Below are positions 19,198-28,761 of a stretch of 64,000 nt of DNA, piece by piece. Position 1 is the first letter of the stretch. Every line of letters begins with the position of its first letter. A model generated the notes under the pieces. It made no database searches. It was not told the DNA's origin and saw only the letters and a program-made list of their open reading frames with translations. Source of the stretch: Prolixibacteraceae bacterium. Lineage in GTDB: Bacteria; Bacteroidota; Bacteroidia; Bacteroidales; Prolixibacteraceae. The stretch spans positions 5,662,429 to 5,726,428 of the forward strand of contig CAXXQR010000001.1 in assembly GCA_963677955.2 (NCBI GenBank), read 5' to 3'. The position numbers and the translations under genes are program-made.

Positions 19198-19785
19198 TTA
19201 GGAATAAATAATTTCATGGTATAAATCGGCCATGCGTTTACGCAGATGCACCACTGCATAGTGTTTGCGCGAAAGCAAAGTGTTTACCGGTACACCGGTG
19301 GTTTGCGAAATTTCCTTTACCGGGAGTCCATCCAGTTCGGTCAGTTCAAAAATTTCACGTTGCTCGGGCGGCAGCTCCGAAAGTGCGCGTTCGAGTTCGG
19401 TCCAAACGAGCGAACGCAGGTACTCCATTTCGGGTGATGGAGAAGTTTCTTTGCTGAACAAAATATCCGAGAAATCCTTCAAAATATCGCTGTCAGAATC
19501 CTTGTATTTAAACGTGGGAAGTTTCTCCTCCTTCTTTTTCTTCCCTCTGTTGATAATGGAGTTTCGCGCAACTTTGTACAACCAGCCCGAAACATGTTCG
19601 ATTGGATTCAGCGCATCTTCAACTGTTTTCACCAATTGAAAAAAGACATCCTGAAGAATGTCATCGGCATCCTCAATGTTATCAACATGCTTTCGGACAA
19701 AAGCCTTCAGACGGGGCTGGTATTCTTCCACCAACTGCCCCACTTCCTGCCGATTAAACTGCTTATTGTTCTTCGGCGGCATCAT
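19198..19785 (-). CDS. ECF sigma-70 factor (start revised to MMPPKNNK at 19785)
   Basis: Region 2 DADDILQDVFFQL...WLYKVARNSIIN; region 4 LPPEQREIFELTELDGLPVKEIS...TLLSRKHYA. The ORF-track extension to 19890 lies inside the upstream gene. Confidence 0.9.
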   Translation of the reverse strand: MMPPKNNKQFNRQEVGQLVEEYQPRLKAFVRKHVDNIEDADDILQDVFFQLVKTVEDALNPIEHVSGWLYKVARNSIINRGKKKKEEKLPTFKYKDSDSDILKDFSDILFSKETSPSPEMEYLRSLVWTELERALSELPPEQREIFELTELDGLPVKEISQTTGVPVNTLLSRKHYAVVHLRKRMADLYHEIIYS

Positions 19786-20173
19786 CCTGGGTTGCGCTGT
19801 TGCTTCTTCTTTTCCAGAAATCTTCACGGCTAAACGGCCTCTCCCTGAAGAAATCATTTCTTTTATCAAAGAAATTCTTCCGTTCTTCATCGGTCATTTC
19901 CATCCATTTTTCCCGCAGCGGATTACTTTTACCGAAATCGTGACGGCCAAAATGACGGTCTCCGTGATTGTCACCCCCAAAGTGACCAAACAAAATCCGG
20001 GTTAGTGCGAACATGGCAGCAGCCTGCCAAAAAGTGATGGCTTTCAGCCCCAATATTTCAGGAACCCAAAAATTCCACAAAAGCATTACAATACCGCTGA
20101 ATGCTGTAATGATGAGCAGGCCCAACAATGCTCTTTTCAAAATCGCGATTGCGAAAGAACTTCTATTCTTCAT
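19763..20173 (-). CDS. Hypothetical membrane protein (2 TM helices plus charged tail), overlaps the sigma start by 23 bp
   Basis: LLGLLIITAFSGIVMLLWNF...ITFWQAAAMFALTRILFGHFG, then KWMEMTDEERKNFF. Confidence 0.85.
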   Translation of the reverse strand: MKNRSSFAIAILKRALLGLLIITAFSGIVMLLWNFWVPEILGLKAITFWQAAAMFALTRILFGHFGGDNHGDRHFGRHDFGKSNPLREKWMEMTDEERKNFFDKRNDFFRERPFSREDFWKRRSNSATQDDAAEEQ

Positions 20174-20570
20174 ATTTTATTGTTTTTAGTGATTCAATTG
20201 TCAAAATATCTGTGGCAATCCAAAAATAAATGGGCATCCAATTTGAGGACTTCTTTGTTCATGAATTTAAATCCTACAAGTGACGACAATTAACTCGTGA
20301 AAATATTTTAGGGATTGACACTTTTTTGTAACCGGAAAATTTGAATTTACGGCTTTTATTAAGTAGAAGCATCTGAAACATAGTTTTCTGTGTAACCTTG
20401 AAGACGAAAAGGAATGGATGAGCCTACAAGTATGATTAATGACAGACAACCACTTCTATGGTAACTTGACGGTGCAATGAATTGATGAATTGTTCGAACC
20501 AATCCAGCTCCCATTTGTACTAATGCAGACGCCTATTCCGATTGTTTTTTATTCCAGATATGATGTGCAA

Positions 20571-20632
20571 TAAAAAGCTCCGTAATCTCTTTCTTGACGC
20601 GGAGTTTTTATCTTATGGTGACTCATCCTGGG
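20571..20632 (-). mobile_element. Degenerate att-like site: tRNA-3'-end-like sequence followed by a hairpin
   Basis: Minus strand CCCAGGATGAGTCACCA (20632-20616), then imperfect hairpin ...CTCCG...CGGAG... and a T-rich run. Confidence 0.3.
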
Positions 20633-21116
20633 CAGAGGTTTGTCAAACTTTTGGGCTGAAGATTTTGAGGCTGTGATGAAGTTTATGAGTGCAGAAATTC
20701 AGAGGGAAAACTTCATCTTTGAATATAATCATAAAAGCAAACTAACGAATATCCTCATGTTGTTCTTGTTACAGTCAGTTGAATAACACGTTAAGTTATA
20801 ATCCAATGACAGCTATGGAGTTAGGTGAAAGTTTGCATTGTAAATTGCAATCATTTGGCTCCAGACCAAATTTGTGGCATTCAAAACCTTTGACCTCCGC
20901 GTTAACCAAAATATTGTGTGAGGCAGACTAAATGGATGATTTAGAACTTATTAATCGAGCAGTTCGCATATAAGATCAGTTCTTATTGATGGGAATTGAC
21001 GGGATGGAGGAATATTTTGTAGAGGCAGCAATGCTATAATTAAATCAATACTCGAGAGGTGTAGTGAATATTGCAGATAAATCGGTTATCCCTACAGCAG
21101 ATTTAATTAAAAAACA

Positions 21117-21256
21117 ACAGAGGTATGAAGACAAATCATACCTCTGTGAAGACAAATTACCAAGTGACCCAGTTGGAGTTTGAACTCTCCCCTATTCCTA
21201 GCTGATTATCAATATTTTAAAAAGCGCTTATTTCAATAGGTCTCGATATAGTCTCG
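21117..21256 (-). mobile_element. att-like element end: tRNA-3'-end-like core, terminator and arm-type-like repeats
   Basis: Minus strand GAGTTCAAACTCCAACTGGGTCAC (21187-21164), then perfect 12-bp hairpin ACAGAGGTATGA/TCATACCTCTGT (21117-21147) and TTGTTTTTT. On the other side, CTGATTATCAAT (21202-21213) and GTCTCG twice, 11 bp apart (21240, 21251). Confidence 0.45.
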
Positions 21257-21411
21257 TCTGATATTCAATTCATTACAATACAAATATACAAAATTCGATT
21301 GAAAATAATTCAACTTAAAAATGACATCAAAGAGATAAAAATCAGTCAGAACTACCCAAATTTGTTGAGCATTCTTGATTGCAAATACTTCATAGAATGC
21401 AAAACATCCAT

Positions 21412-23175
21412 TTATTTGGTTAATATTTTCACCTCTTTGGGAGCTTCAAAGGTGGTTTTAATCGTTCCGTCGGCCAATTTTTTGTGTTCAATTTTAACTA
21501 CACCATACGGAGTTGGAAAAGTTCCCTTGACCCATTGCAAATCGCCCAAATGAGGTTCAATCTTGATTTTCCTACAACCGGGTTCAAGAACATCGATTCC
21601 CAATACATATTGAGTTAACCAACTTGTTGGACCTGATGCCCAGCCATGGCAGAAACTATGACGGAACTGTTTGTAGCAATATCCGCCATACGAAGAATGA
21701 ACATCCACTTTTCCTGCGGGTACAACTTCATCAATCCGTGCCGCATTATTCATCCAGTCGATGTCGAAGTCCTCCCAGAATGTTGTAGCACCAAGGTAGA
21801 GCATAGATCCCCAGTATTCACGGATGTTGTCGATTGCTCCCTGATAATCGCCGGCCTCAGCGCGGGCTTTCAACATATAATATCCATAGAAAGTCGACAT
21901 CTTATGAACGCCATCTTTTAACAGAACTTCAGTATTGGCTTTCTCCGGAGATACTAAGCCAGACAGAGCAAGCAGAGCTGCAGCCTGTTTAGAACCTGCC
22001 ATTTCAGGAACATGTTCCTTTAGTTTTTCAACCGATGAACGACATAGCCTTTCGGCTTCCCGATCATCCAGAATTGTACACAATTCAACTCCGGCCTGAA
22101 ATGTCATTACCATCATCGACTGTAACCCGGCGTGAATAGCTTCCTTATTCTCGCTCGAAGGCCAGTCGAGGAAACGCCCTCCATCAAGGATTTCTTTTCC
22201 GTCGGCATCAATTTTAGTGGACAACTGATGCAGTAAGGCAACCATATACTCTTTTTGCTGTTTCAGGTAATTCAGGTTTCCCTGATAATAATACCAGTCG
22301 CGCTGGATCAAAATCCACCACATTGAATACGAGCTGATACCATTCATCCAGTTGGGAAGCGGGGTCAGGTCTCGAGCCAGATCAAGGCTTTTCGGTACCA
22401 CCTCATTGTTTCCAAATACCGAATTGATGGTCATCACCTCGGGGTGCATGTCGCCCACCCAAACCAAACGGTCGCGTTTTACGCCATCCCACAGGTAATC
22501 CTGCATATTCAGGTGTACGGTATAGGCGCCAGTCATCCAGATTTTGTTCAAGCGATCGTCGTTGCACGTAAACAATCCGAGGTAAGGAATGTCGCGAAAG
22601 GTAAATGTGGCGCTTATTTCTTTAAGTTCGATTTTAGCGTTAGGGTCAACCAAGTCGATGCGCATAAAGCGGAACCCTGAATTGCCAACTTCCAACCGTC
22701 CCAGCCAAGGGAGCTGAACCTCAAAGTCGCGCATGGCATGATCGTTAGTGGCTCCTTCTTTACCAGCATCACTCATAGTTTCGCTCACCGATTCGCCAAA
22801 CCGGATTCGAATATGTCCAACCGGATTTTTATTGCTGATGGTAGTCACGATTTCGATGCCTCCCTGAATTTCGCGCCCAAAATCAAGAATAATCCCCGGT
22901 TTTGATACTGTATCACTAATTAAAGTCAGATATTTTCCTTGGTTCTGGTCGGCCTGCCCGATACCAGGTTTCAGGATAGATTCGGCATTTTGTACCTGTT
23001 TGCCTGAAGGGTCAGAAACCCAGACAATGCGCTCGGCAGTCAGGTATTTCCGGGTAAGGCTGGTAGAACGCACTTTTGAAGCTTCTGTGGTATTAAAAAC
23101 AGGTGGAAGTTGAGCCATTGCTGGCACAAACACCATCATGAAAATGGTAATAACTAATGATCGGGATAACTTCAT
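21412..23175 (-). CDS. Alpha-L-rhamnosidase, GH78-like short form
   Basis: Signal peptide; DGVKRDRLVWVGDMH (acid region), GATTFWEDF (base), SFCHGWASGP. Confidence 0.9.
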   Translation of the reverse strand: MKLSRSLVITIFMMVFVPAMAQLPPVFNTTEASKVRSTSLTRKYLTAERIVWVSDPSGKQVQNAESILKPGIGQADQNQGKYLTLISDTVSKPGIILDFGREIQGGIEIVTTISNKNPVGHIRIRFGESVSETMSDAGKEGATNDHAMRDFEVQLPWLGRLEVGNSGFRFMRIDLVDPNAKIELKEISATFTFRDIPYLGLFTCNDDRLNKIWMTGAYTVHLNMQDYLWDGVKRDRLVWVGDMHPEVMTINSVFGNNEVVPKSLDLARDLTPLPNWMNGISSYSMWWILIQRDWYYYQGNLNYLKQQKEYMVALLHQLSTKIDADGKEILDGGRFLDWPSSENKEAIHAGLQSMMVMTFQAGVELCTILDDREAERLCRSSVEKLKEHVPEMAGSKQAAALLALSGLVSPEKANTEVLLKDGVHKMSTFYGYYMLKARAEAGDYQGAIDNIREYWGSMLYLGATTFWEDFDIDWMNNAARIDEVVPAGKVDVHSSYGGYCYKQFRHSFCHGWASGPTSWLTQYVLGIDVLEPGCRKIKIEPHLGDLQWVKGTFPTPYGVVKIEHKKLADGTIKTTFEAPKEVKILTK

Positions 23176-23193
23176 TTTTATTTATTTAAGTTT

Positions 23194-25296
23194 CTATTTC
23201 GTCCAGATGCAACGGTAGTTAAATCGTCTGTTTGGTGCTGTATCGCCATCGGTACACAGCGAAATTGGATCTTTCAGTTCGGCTGCATTATCGCTCCATT
23301 TGAAATCGAACGTAAATTGATTGCCCGATAAACCAAGCAGTTCACGGGGGACCGATATTTCCAGTTTACTTCCTGAGAACCGGTATTTCAAATCAGCAAC
23401 TTCGACCCATGGATTCTCAGGATGAGCAGCATCATAACGCATCAGCGTAGTAGTTTGTCCATCTTTCACTTTCTTGTTGATCAGGTAATCGTAGCCGTAC
23501 CAACCTGTAGCCGGATTATTATCGGCATCAATCAGCAACAACATCCAATTATTATCGGTTGAAGCCGTAAGAGTTGCAACGGTTTCTGCATAAAAGCTGA
23601 TGTTTTGCTTATCGACAGCGACTTTACTTGTAACGATGTCGTTTCGCCCTGAAGTGTTGGTATAGTGCAACCCTCCATAACCGTTGGCATTTCGATGAAA
23701 GGTATCACCCTTTGTGTCACGGTACTCTGTTGAAACCAAATTCCAGTCGTCAAAATTGCCATCTGTTTTAATTTCTGAATAGCCCTTCAATTCAGGAATT
23801 GGACGAATTCCCTTGTATTTTCGGATATTCTGAGCCATCTGCATGTAATAATTGTCGGTATAACCACCTTTCATCGGGCTTACAGTCCGGTTGAACTCCG
23901 AATTGTACTGGTCGACAAAACGGAATGAACTATCTCGTCCAAGCCAAGGTGTTGTTCCTCCATCATCCAGTTGATATTTTCCTGCAGTCCATTCATTCCA
24001 ATCGTTAATATACAGAAATTCGGGGTTTGCAGCGATCGCTTCATCCCATCGCTCCTGGAAATAGATTCCGTAGCCTTCGGGACCTGCAACCGTTTTTCCC
24101 AGCCATGAAACGTAAGTAGGTTCTGGCAGATCGTATTTGTTCAGTTTTGGCTCTCCGTTCTGTCGAGACCACGATTTACCAACGCCCATGTTCTCTTTGG
24201 TCATGGTAACCGGATGCTGTGCCGGAGTAACGGCAGTCTCTTCGCGTTTGCCATTATGTGTTGAAAGTAATTCGTCAGGACTCATAGCTTTCACTTTTGG
24301 TTCGGCCATACTATAACCAAAACTCCAGTTATCTTCAGTGCCGATATAACGTCTGCCAGCCCATTCGTAATAGCCCCACCACATTGTTCGGGGGGTAAAG
24401 AAATTTTTAACTTCTTTGGTATAATCTTTATAAAACTCTTCGGTATAATCCGGATCTCCGTAATGCGGATTATTTTTATCGGTTTTGGCTGATGCATCGA
24501 AATGAGGGTTCGGATTCTCAACACCACTACCATTGGCATCTACCGCAGGATTGCCGTTGTATAATAACAGTGGTTTGCCATCCCAGTAAAACCAAAGGTC
24601 TTTGTACTTTTCCTGTTTGTAAATCCGATCGTACAAATCCTGAACAACTGTAATTACCGGGCCATTGAATGCCCAGAAAACAAATTTCGGGACCTTATTT
24701 CCTTCGGCTTTCATTTTCTGCATGGTGCTGAAAGTAACATCCCATTCGTCCCAATAGCGCACGGCATTGGTCACATCCATCACCAGCACATCAACGCCGG
24801 CATCGGCCAACATCGACATATCTTTTCGGATTACATATTCATCCTGACTCAGGAAATAACCCATTTCAGGCTCGCCCCAGTGGTATGAACCTTCAGTCCA
24901 AAGCGGGTTTTTTGCATCCAACCGTGCATTCGGATCTGCTTTCAGTATTTTTGAAACATCAGCAGAATAAGGACTTTTAAAATTGGTATAATGATCCTGA
25001 GTGTGCCATGTGATGTAAAAAATACCTGCAATGCGGCGTTGGTCGTTTTTTACGGGGCCAACCTCCTGAAAATGGGGCATCATCCGGCCCAGCGCATCAT
25101 TTGCTACCCATGTGTCCGGATAAATGTCTCGATAATAATTTTCGCCTGACGTTGCGAATGAAACTTGAGTGCCGGAATCCTCCGGACTTGTAGATTTTGA
25201 CTTTTTATCTTTCGCAAAACAGGACGAGACCGTCCCCCAAACTAACATCAACAAAACAATCAAAATATGAAAATGAAATAATTTTTGTCGCTTCAT
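23194..25296 (-). CDS. Uncharacterised GH99/GH71-like TIM-barrel glycosidase with C-terminal DOMON/CBM9-like domain (paralog 3; start revised to 25296)
   Basis: MKRQKLFHFHILIVLLML signal; IFYITWH, YHWGEPEMGYF, MLADAGVDVLVMDVTN, LYINDWNEWTAG, FVDQY, TSGRNDIV, GDTAPNRRFNY. Confidence 0.8.
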   Translation of the reverse strand: MKRQKLFHFHILIVLLMLVWGTVSSCFAKDKKSKSTSPEDSGTQVSFATSGENYYRDIYPDTWVANDALGRMMPHFQEVGPVKNDQRRIAGIFYITWHTQDHYTNFKSPYSADVSKILKADPNARLDAKNPLWTEGSYHWGEPEMGYFLSQDEYVIRKDMSMLADAGVDVLVMDVTNAVRYWDEWDVTFSTMQKMKAEGNKVPKFVFWAFNGPVITVVQDLYDRIYKQEKYKDLWFYWDGKPLLLYNGNPAVDANGSGVENPNPHFDASAKTDKNNPHYGDPDYTEEFYKDYTKEVKNFFTPRTMWWGYYEWAGRRYIGTEDNWSFGYSMAEPKVKAMSPDELLSTHNGKREETAVTPAQHPVTMTKENMGVGKSWSRQNGEPKLNKYDLPEPTYVSWLGKTVAGPEGYGIYFQERWDEAIAANPEFLYINDWNEWTAGKYQLDDGGTTPWLGRDSSFRFVDQYNSEFNRTVSPMKGGYTDNYYMQMAQNIRKYKGIRPIPELKGYSEIKTDGNFDDWNLVSTEYRDTKGDTFHRNANGYGGLHYTNTSGRNDIVTSKVAVDKQNISFYAETVATLTASTDNNWMLLLIDADNNPATGWYGYDYLINKKVKDGQTTTLMRYDAAHPENPWVEVADLKYRFSGSKLEISVPRELLGLSGNQFTFDFKWSDNAAELKDPISLCTDGDTAPNRRFNYRCIWTK

Positions 25297-25405
25297 ACTT
25301 TTAAAAGATTTAACTTTATCCAAATCAATAAGGTATGGCAATTTATGTCTAATCTGAAATGCCAGTCTTCTGCTTAATCCTCCTCGTGACAGGATCATCA
25401 CACTA

Positions 25406-25441
25406 CCTTCCCTTTTTACTGAAAGGGGTTTTGGAGTGGTT
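25406..25441. repeat. Degenerate REP-like hairpin in intergenic spacer
   Basis: CCCTTT-TTACTG-AAAGGG flanked by GGAGTGG; similar layout to the element at 9332. Confidence 0.25.
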
Positions 25442-25483
25442 CTATATTTTGAAATTTCCATAATAATTCTGAATAAAACTATA

Positions 25484-28400
25484 TTAATACTGAACACTTG
25501 AAATTCTCACAGGGCCAAACAATCCGGAAGGTTGTAGCGGGCTGTCAGCATTGTAGGTATTAACCGGACACCATGTTTTTCGCTGATCGACCGGCAATTT
25601 GCTGTCGCCAATCAACCTATTGACCCAGGTATTGACCACTTCAATTTTCAGGTCGTTTTCACCAGCTTTGACTAGTTTGGTAATATCAAGCTGGTAAGGC
25701 GCTGTCCATAATCCACCGGCATACGTGCCATTTACTGTGACTTTGGCCATCGCCGTGAAACTGCCCAGATCAATAATTACATTCTTGCCCTCAGGAATTT
25801 GAGCTACATTGAATTTAAAGCTGTAAAAGGCTGTTCCTGAATAGTATTTAATACGGTCATCTGAAGAAGTGGTCCAGTCCTGAAGTGTTTCGAAAACCGC
25901 TGGTTGCTCCGGACCACGTTGCGAAGCATCGAAAGCAACTGTCCACGGGCCTTTCAAATCGGCCAGAAGTGTTGGTTCAGGATAATTGGCATACACGCCT
26001 TTACCGGTAGCAGTAGCAGCCTTTTCGCGAAAAACAACAAATACACTTTCGTATGGAGCCAGTTTCAACGGAACGGCTGTCGTAATTCCGTTTTGCTCGT
26101 AAGCCGGAAGTTTGCGAATCGAACCGGTGGCGGTTTGCCAAAGTTCGGGTTGCAATCCTTTTATCCTGAATTCAGGAGTAACTATCTTGGTTTCTCCGGT
26201 TTGATTGGTCACAAAATACAACTCGCCGTTTTGTGAAGTGCGGTGTCCGTAGTGAATGGAGCGGTCTTCAGGCAATTTACAATCCGGAACACAATTAATC
26301 TGAGCAAAAGCTTCTTTCATGCTCAAACCGTTTATGATTGTTCCTTTACCGAATTTTCGTGATTTTACATTCACACCGTCCACTTCACCCCAAAGTTCTG
26401 TGACCATTTGCTGAACTTCTTGGTCGGCTGTTGGCTGGTTTTGTAAACTGGGAGATCGTTTGGGAGCAGGTCCCAGAATAACCGCACCACCATTAACCAA
26501 CTGTTTGATTTTTGCCAATAATTCAGGACGCATGGTTTCGAGTTTTGGAAGCACCAGAATACGGTATTGGGTTCCGTGAGGTAAAGTGATCAGGCCATCT
26601 TTCACGGTCATGTATTTCTCAATAACCTCGGCATTCATGTAGTCGAATTGATAACCGACAGGAAGAGCAGGATCGGTGATTCCGGTCATTTTCGGCGCAT
26701 CTTCGCCAATAAAATAGGCTACATCAGCAACGTTCAATCCCTGCTGAAGCATATAATTTGTCCGTTTCAGGTATTGGGTATAAACATCCATTTGCGAAAA
26801 CCAGGTGTTTTTCCGGTTAAACTCATTCCCAAACCATGCATTCATACCGGGATTCTTGTCCTCGTAGGGCTGGGTGATGTAAACGTGCAATAATGTATTA
26901 TTGATTCCCTCAGCGAAAAAGCGGTCGCCACGTTGTTTGATCGTTCCGGGGTAACGGCTGAAATGATTGCCAGCACAGGTATTCGATTCGGCTGAGATTT
27001 TTGTTTTGCCATAGATGTGCCCACACGAAGTAGCTGCGCGGTTTTCGATGTTTCCCAAATCGCCTTCGCTCCAGAATTCGCCACCAATTTCGTCGGATTG
27101 TCCGCCGTACATCAGGAATTCGCTCGGGAAGCCCCAGTGTCCGTAACATTCCAGCCATGTATGCAATCCATATTTGTGGCTAATATCGCGCAGACCGCCC
27201 ACATAATCATAAGCAACTTTGTCGGCCACCATGCGGCGCATGTCCCATAAAAAACGATCCGATGACTGTTCGCTGTTCACAACCAGTCCTTTGTACACCG
27301 GTAGGTATGGAACCGGATCATACCCATAACGTTGTTTGAAGTCGGCGATAAAATCGTCAGTGAAGTTCTGACCACCGGTTTCATAACTATCCTGAACCAC
27401 CACTTTAAAGCATTTGCGGTCGGCCACCGGAATGCGTTTCAGGATTTCACCCATGTGCCCTTCAAAATGCATGGCGACATGTTCACGGCTCATTTTGTCG
27501 ACTTCATAACCAGTAGCTTCGGGCGATGCCGGAGCGTTTGTTGTTCCGGTCGGGGTCATTCCGGTACGAAGAATTACCCATTCGCCTTCAGGAACATCCC
27601 AGTTTAGGGTTCCATCGGCAGATAGGTTCTTCGTAATATCAATTACTTTTGATCCATCAATCACCATTGACTGATCTTTTGGTTCGGGCTGCTGCGGCCA
27701 TTGGTATTCGTGCCAGTAAGGAAGAGGAGTTTGGTACATTTTGGCCAGTGTCTTCTCAGCATAGCGTTCAACGCGGGGCGCCGCTGAAAGCTCTACTTCT
27801 GCCAATCCATCGCCCGAATTAATACCTTTTACAAGAACACGGAATGTGGTTGAAGTGACAGCAGGGAAAGATACCACCACCGGAGCATAAGAATCAAAAC
27901 CTACATTTAATGTAGCGTTAAAACGGTTAATCTGGAATTCAGCAACCGTTCTGAATTTTCCGTTGGCTTCCTTTACCTGTAATATCGCCGGGTTATTAAT
28001 TGCCCCTTCTATCGGAGTAACCGACAGGCTCCGGGCAGTAAACGGTGAGTTCGATTCGAAATCGATTGTAAAATCGCCGTTTGCCGGGAAATGAATCCCG
28101 GTATTGCGGTCCCGGTCAACAATCTTCGACAAATCTGAACCCTTGGGAGATGAACTGATTTTTGCGTTGTTGACGTCAAGAATCAGCTGGTCATCTTTGG
28201 GGGTGGGATAAGCGATTACCTTAACATCCTGAAACAATTCTATTGGTTTTTCGAGCTTTTGGCTGAACTTCATCGGACCTTTTACCCGTAATTCTGACGA
28301 AGTCAGGTAGCGCATAGCCGCATCAGCTTTCACCCACGGCCCACCCGACTGGCTCCAGCCCGGCGAGTTGAAAATCCCGATTTCGATGTTCAGTTCAGTA

Positions 28401-28726
28401 GCCGTTTTTAACGCAGCATGAAGGATATCCCACCACTCGTCGCTGAGCATTTTTACTTTTCCGTAGGGAATATCTGAAAGGCCTATATTCCCAATAAATG
28501 CGCGGTTAATTCCGGCTTTTTTCATCGCGTGAAGGTCGTTGATCACGCCTTCGTTCGAAATGTTATCGGATATCCAGTACCAGTAAACACTGGTCAGTAT
28601 CGAATCGGGTGGTGCAATGAAGCCTCTCTCAAATGCCTCTCCTGGTACTTTTCCCTTATCAATTTTGCAAGAAGAAAAGAATAGTACCACAAAAAGGTAA
28701 ATTATCAATCTGTATACTAAGCCCAT
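25484..28726 (-). CDS. GH106 alpha-L-rhamnosidase-like lipoprotein
   Basis: Lipobox FFSSC; VYWYWISDNIS.EG...DL..MKKAGI, PGWSQSGGPW, GYEVDKM, VVQDSYETG, ISAESNT; C-terminal GH2-type sugar-binding domain (PSGLFGPV). Confidence 0.88.
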   Translation of the reverse strand: MGLVYRLIIYLFVVLFFSSCKIDKGKVPGEAFERGFIAPPDSILTSVYWYWISDNISNEGVINDLHAMKKAGINRAFIGNIGLSDIPYGKVKMLSDEWWDILHAALKTATELNIEIGIFNSPGWSQSGGPWVKADAAMRYLTSSELRVKGPMKFSQKLEKPIELFQDVKVIAYPTPKDDQLILDVNNAKISSSPKGSDLSKIVDRDRNTGIHFPANGDFTIDFESNSPFTARSLSVTPIEGAINNPAILQVKEANGKFRTVAEFQINRFNATLNVGFDSYAPVVVSFPAVTSTTFRVLVKGINSGDGLAEVELSAAPRVERYAEKTLAKMYQTPLPYWHEYQWPQQPEPKDQSMVIDGSKVIDITKNLSADGTLNWDVPEGEWVILRTGMTPTGTTNAPASPEATGYEVDKMSREHVAMHFEGHMGEILKRIPVADRKCFKVVVQDSYETGGQNFTDDFIADFKQRYGYDPVPYLPVYKGLVVNSEQSSDRFLWDMRRMVADKVAYDYVGGLRDISHKYGLHTWLECYGHWGFPSEFLMYGGQSDEIGGEFWSEGDLGNIENRAATSCGHIYGKTKISAESNTCAGNHFSRYPGTIKQRGDRFFAEGINNTLLHVYITQPYEDKNPGMNAWFGNEFNRKNTWFSQMDVYTQYLKRTNYMLQQGLNVADVAYFIGEDAPKMTGITDPALPVGYQFDYMNAEVIEKYMTVKDGLITLPHGTQYRILVLPKLETMRPELLAKIKQLVNGGAVILGPAPKRSPSLQNQPTADQEVQQMVTELWGEVDGVNVKSRKFGKGTIINGLSMKEAFAQINCVPDCKLPEDRSIHYGHRTSQNGELYFVTNQTGETKIVTPEFRIKGLQPELWQTATGSIRKLPAYEQNGITTAVPLKLAPYESVFVVFREKAATATGKGVYANYPEPTLLADLKGPWTVAFDASQRGPEQPAVFETLQDWTTSSDDRIKYYSGTAFYSFKFNVAQIPEGKNVIIDLGSFTAMAKVTVNGTYAGGLWTAPYQLDITKLVKAGENDLKIEVVNTWVNRLIGDSKLPVDQRKTWCPVNTYNADSPLQPSGLFGPVRISSVQY

Positions 28727-28761
28727 AGTTGATTGTAGTTATAGTTTATGTTAGTTTATTT

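Noticed and set aside
19786-19890. 35-aa N-terminal extension of the ECF sigma ORF
   Set aside because: Lies within the upstream gene in another frame; sigma similarity starts after MMPPK (19785).
21150-21240. Possible intact tRNA gene on the minus strand
   Set aside because: Only a T-loop/acceptor-like 3' end is present; I could not fold D or anticodon arms. Kept as an att-like remnant.
21299-21553. 84-aa plus-strand ORF
   Set aside because: Overlaps the 3' end of GH78 in antisense; no motif.
25297-25497. 67-aa N-terminal extension of the 23194 ORF
   Set aside because: Overlaps the GH106 stop and precedes the signal peptide; the extension reads through intergenic sequence with a REP-like hairpin.
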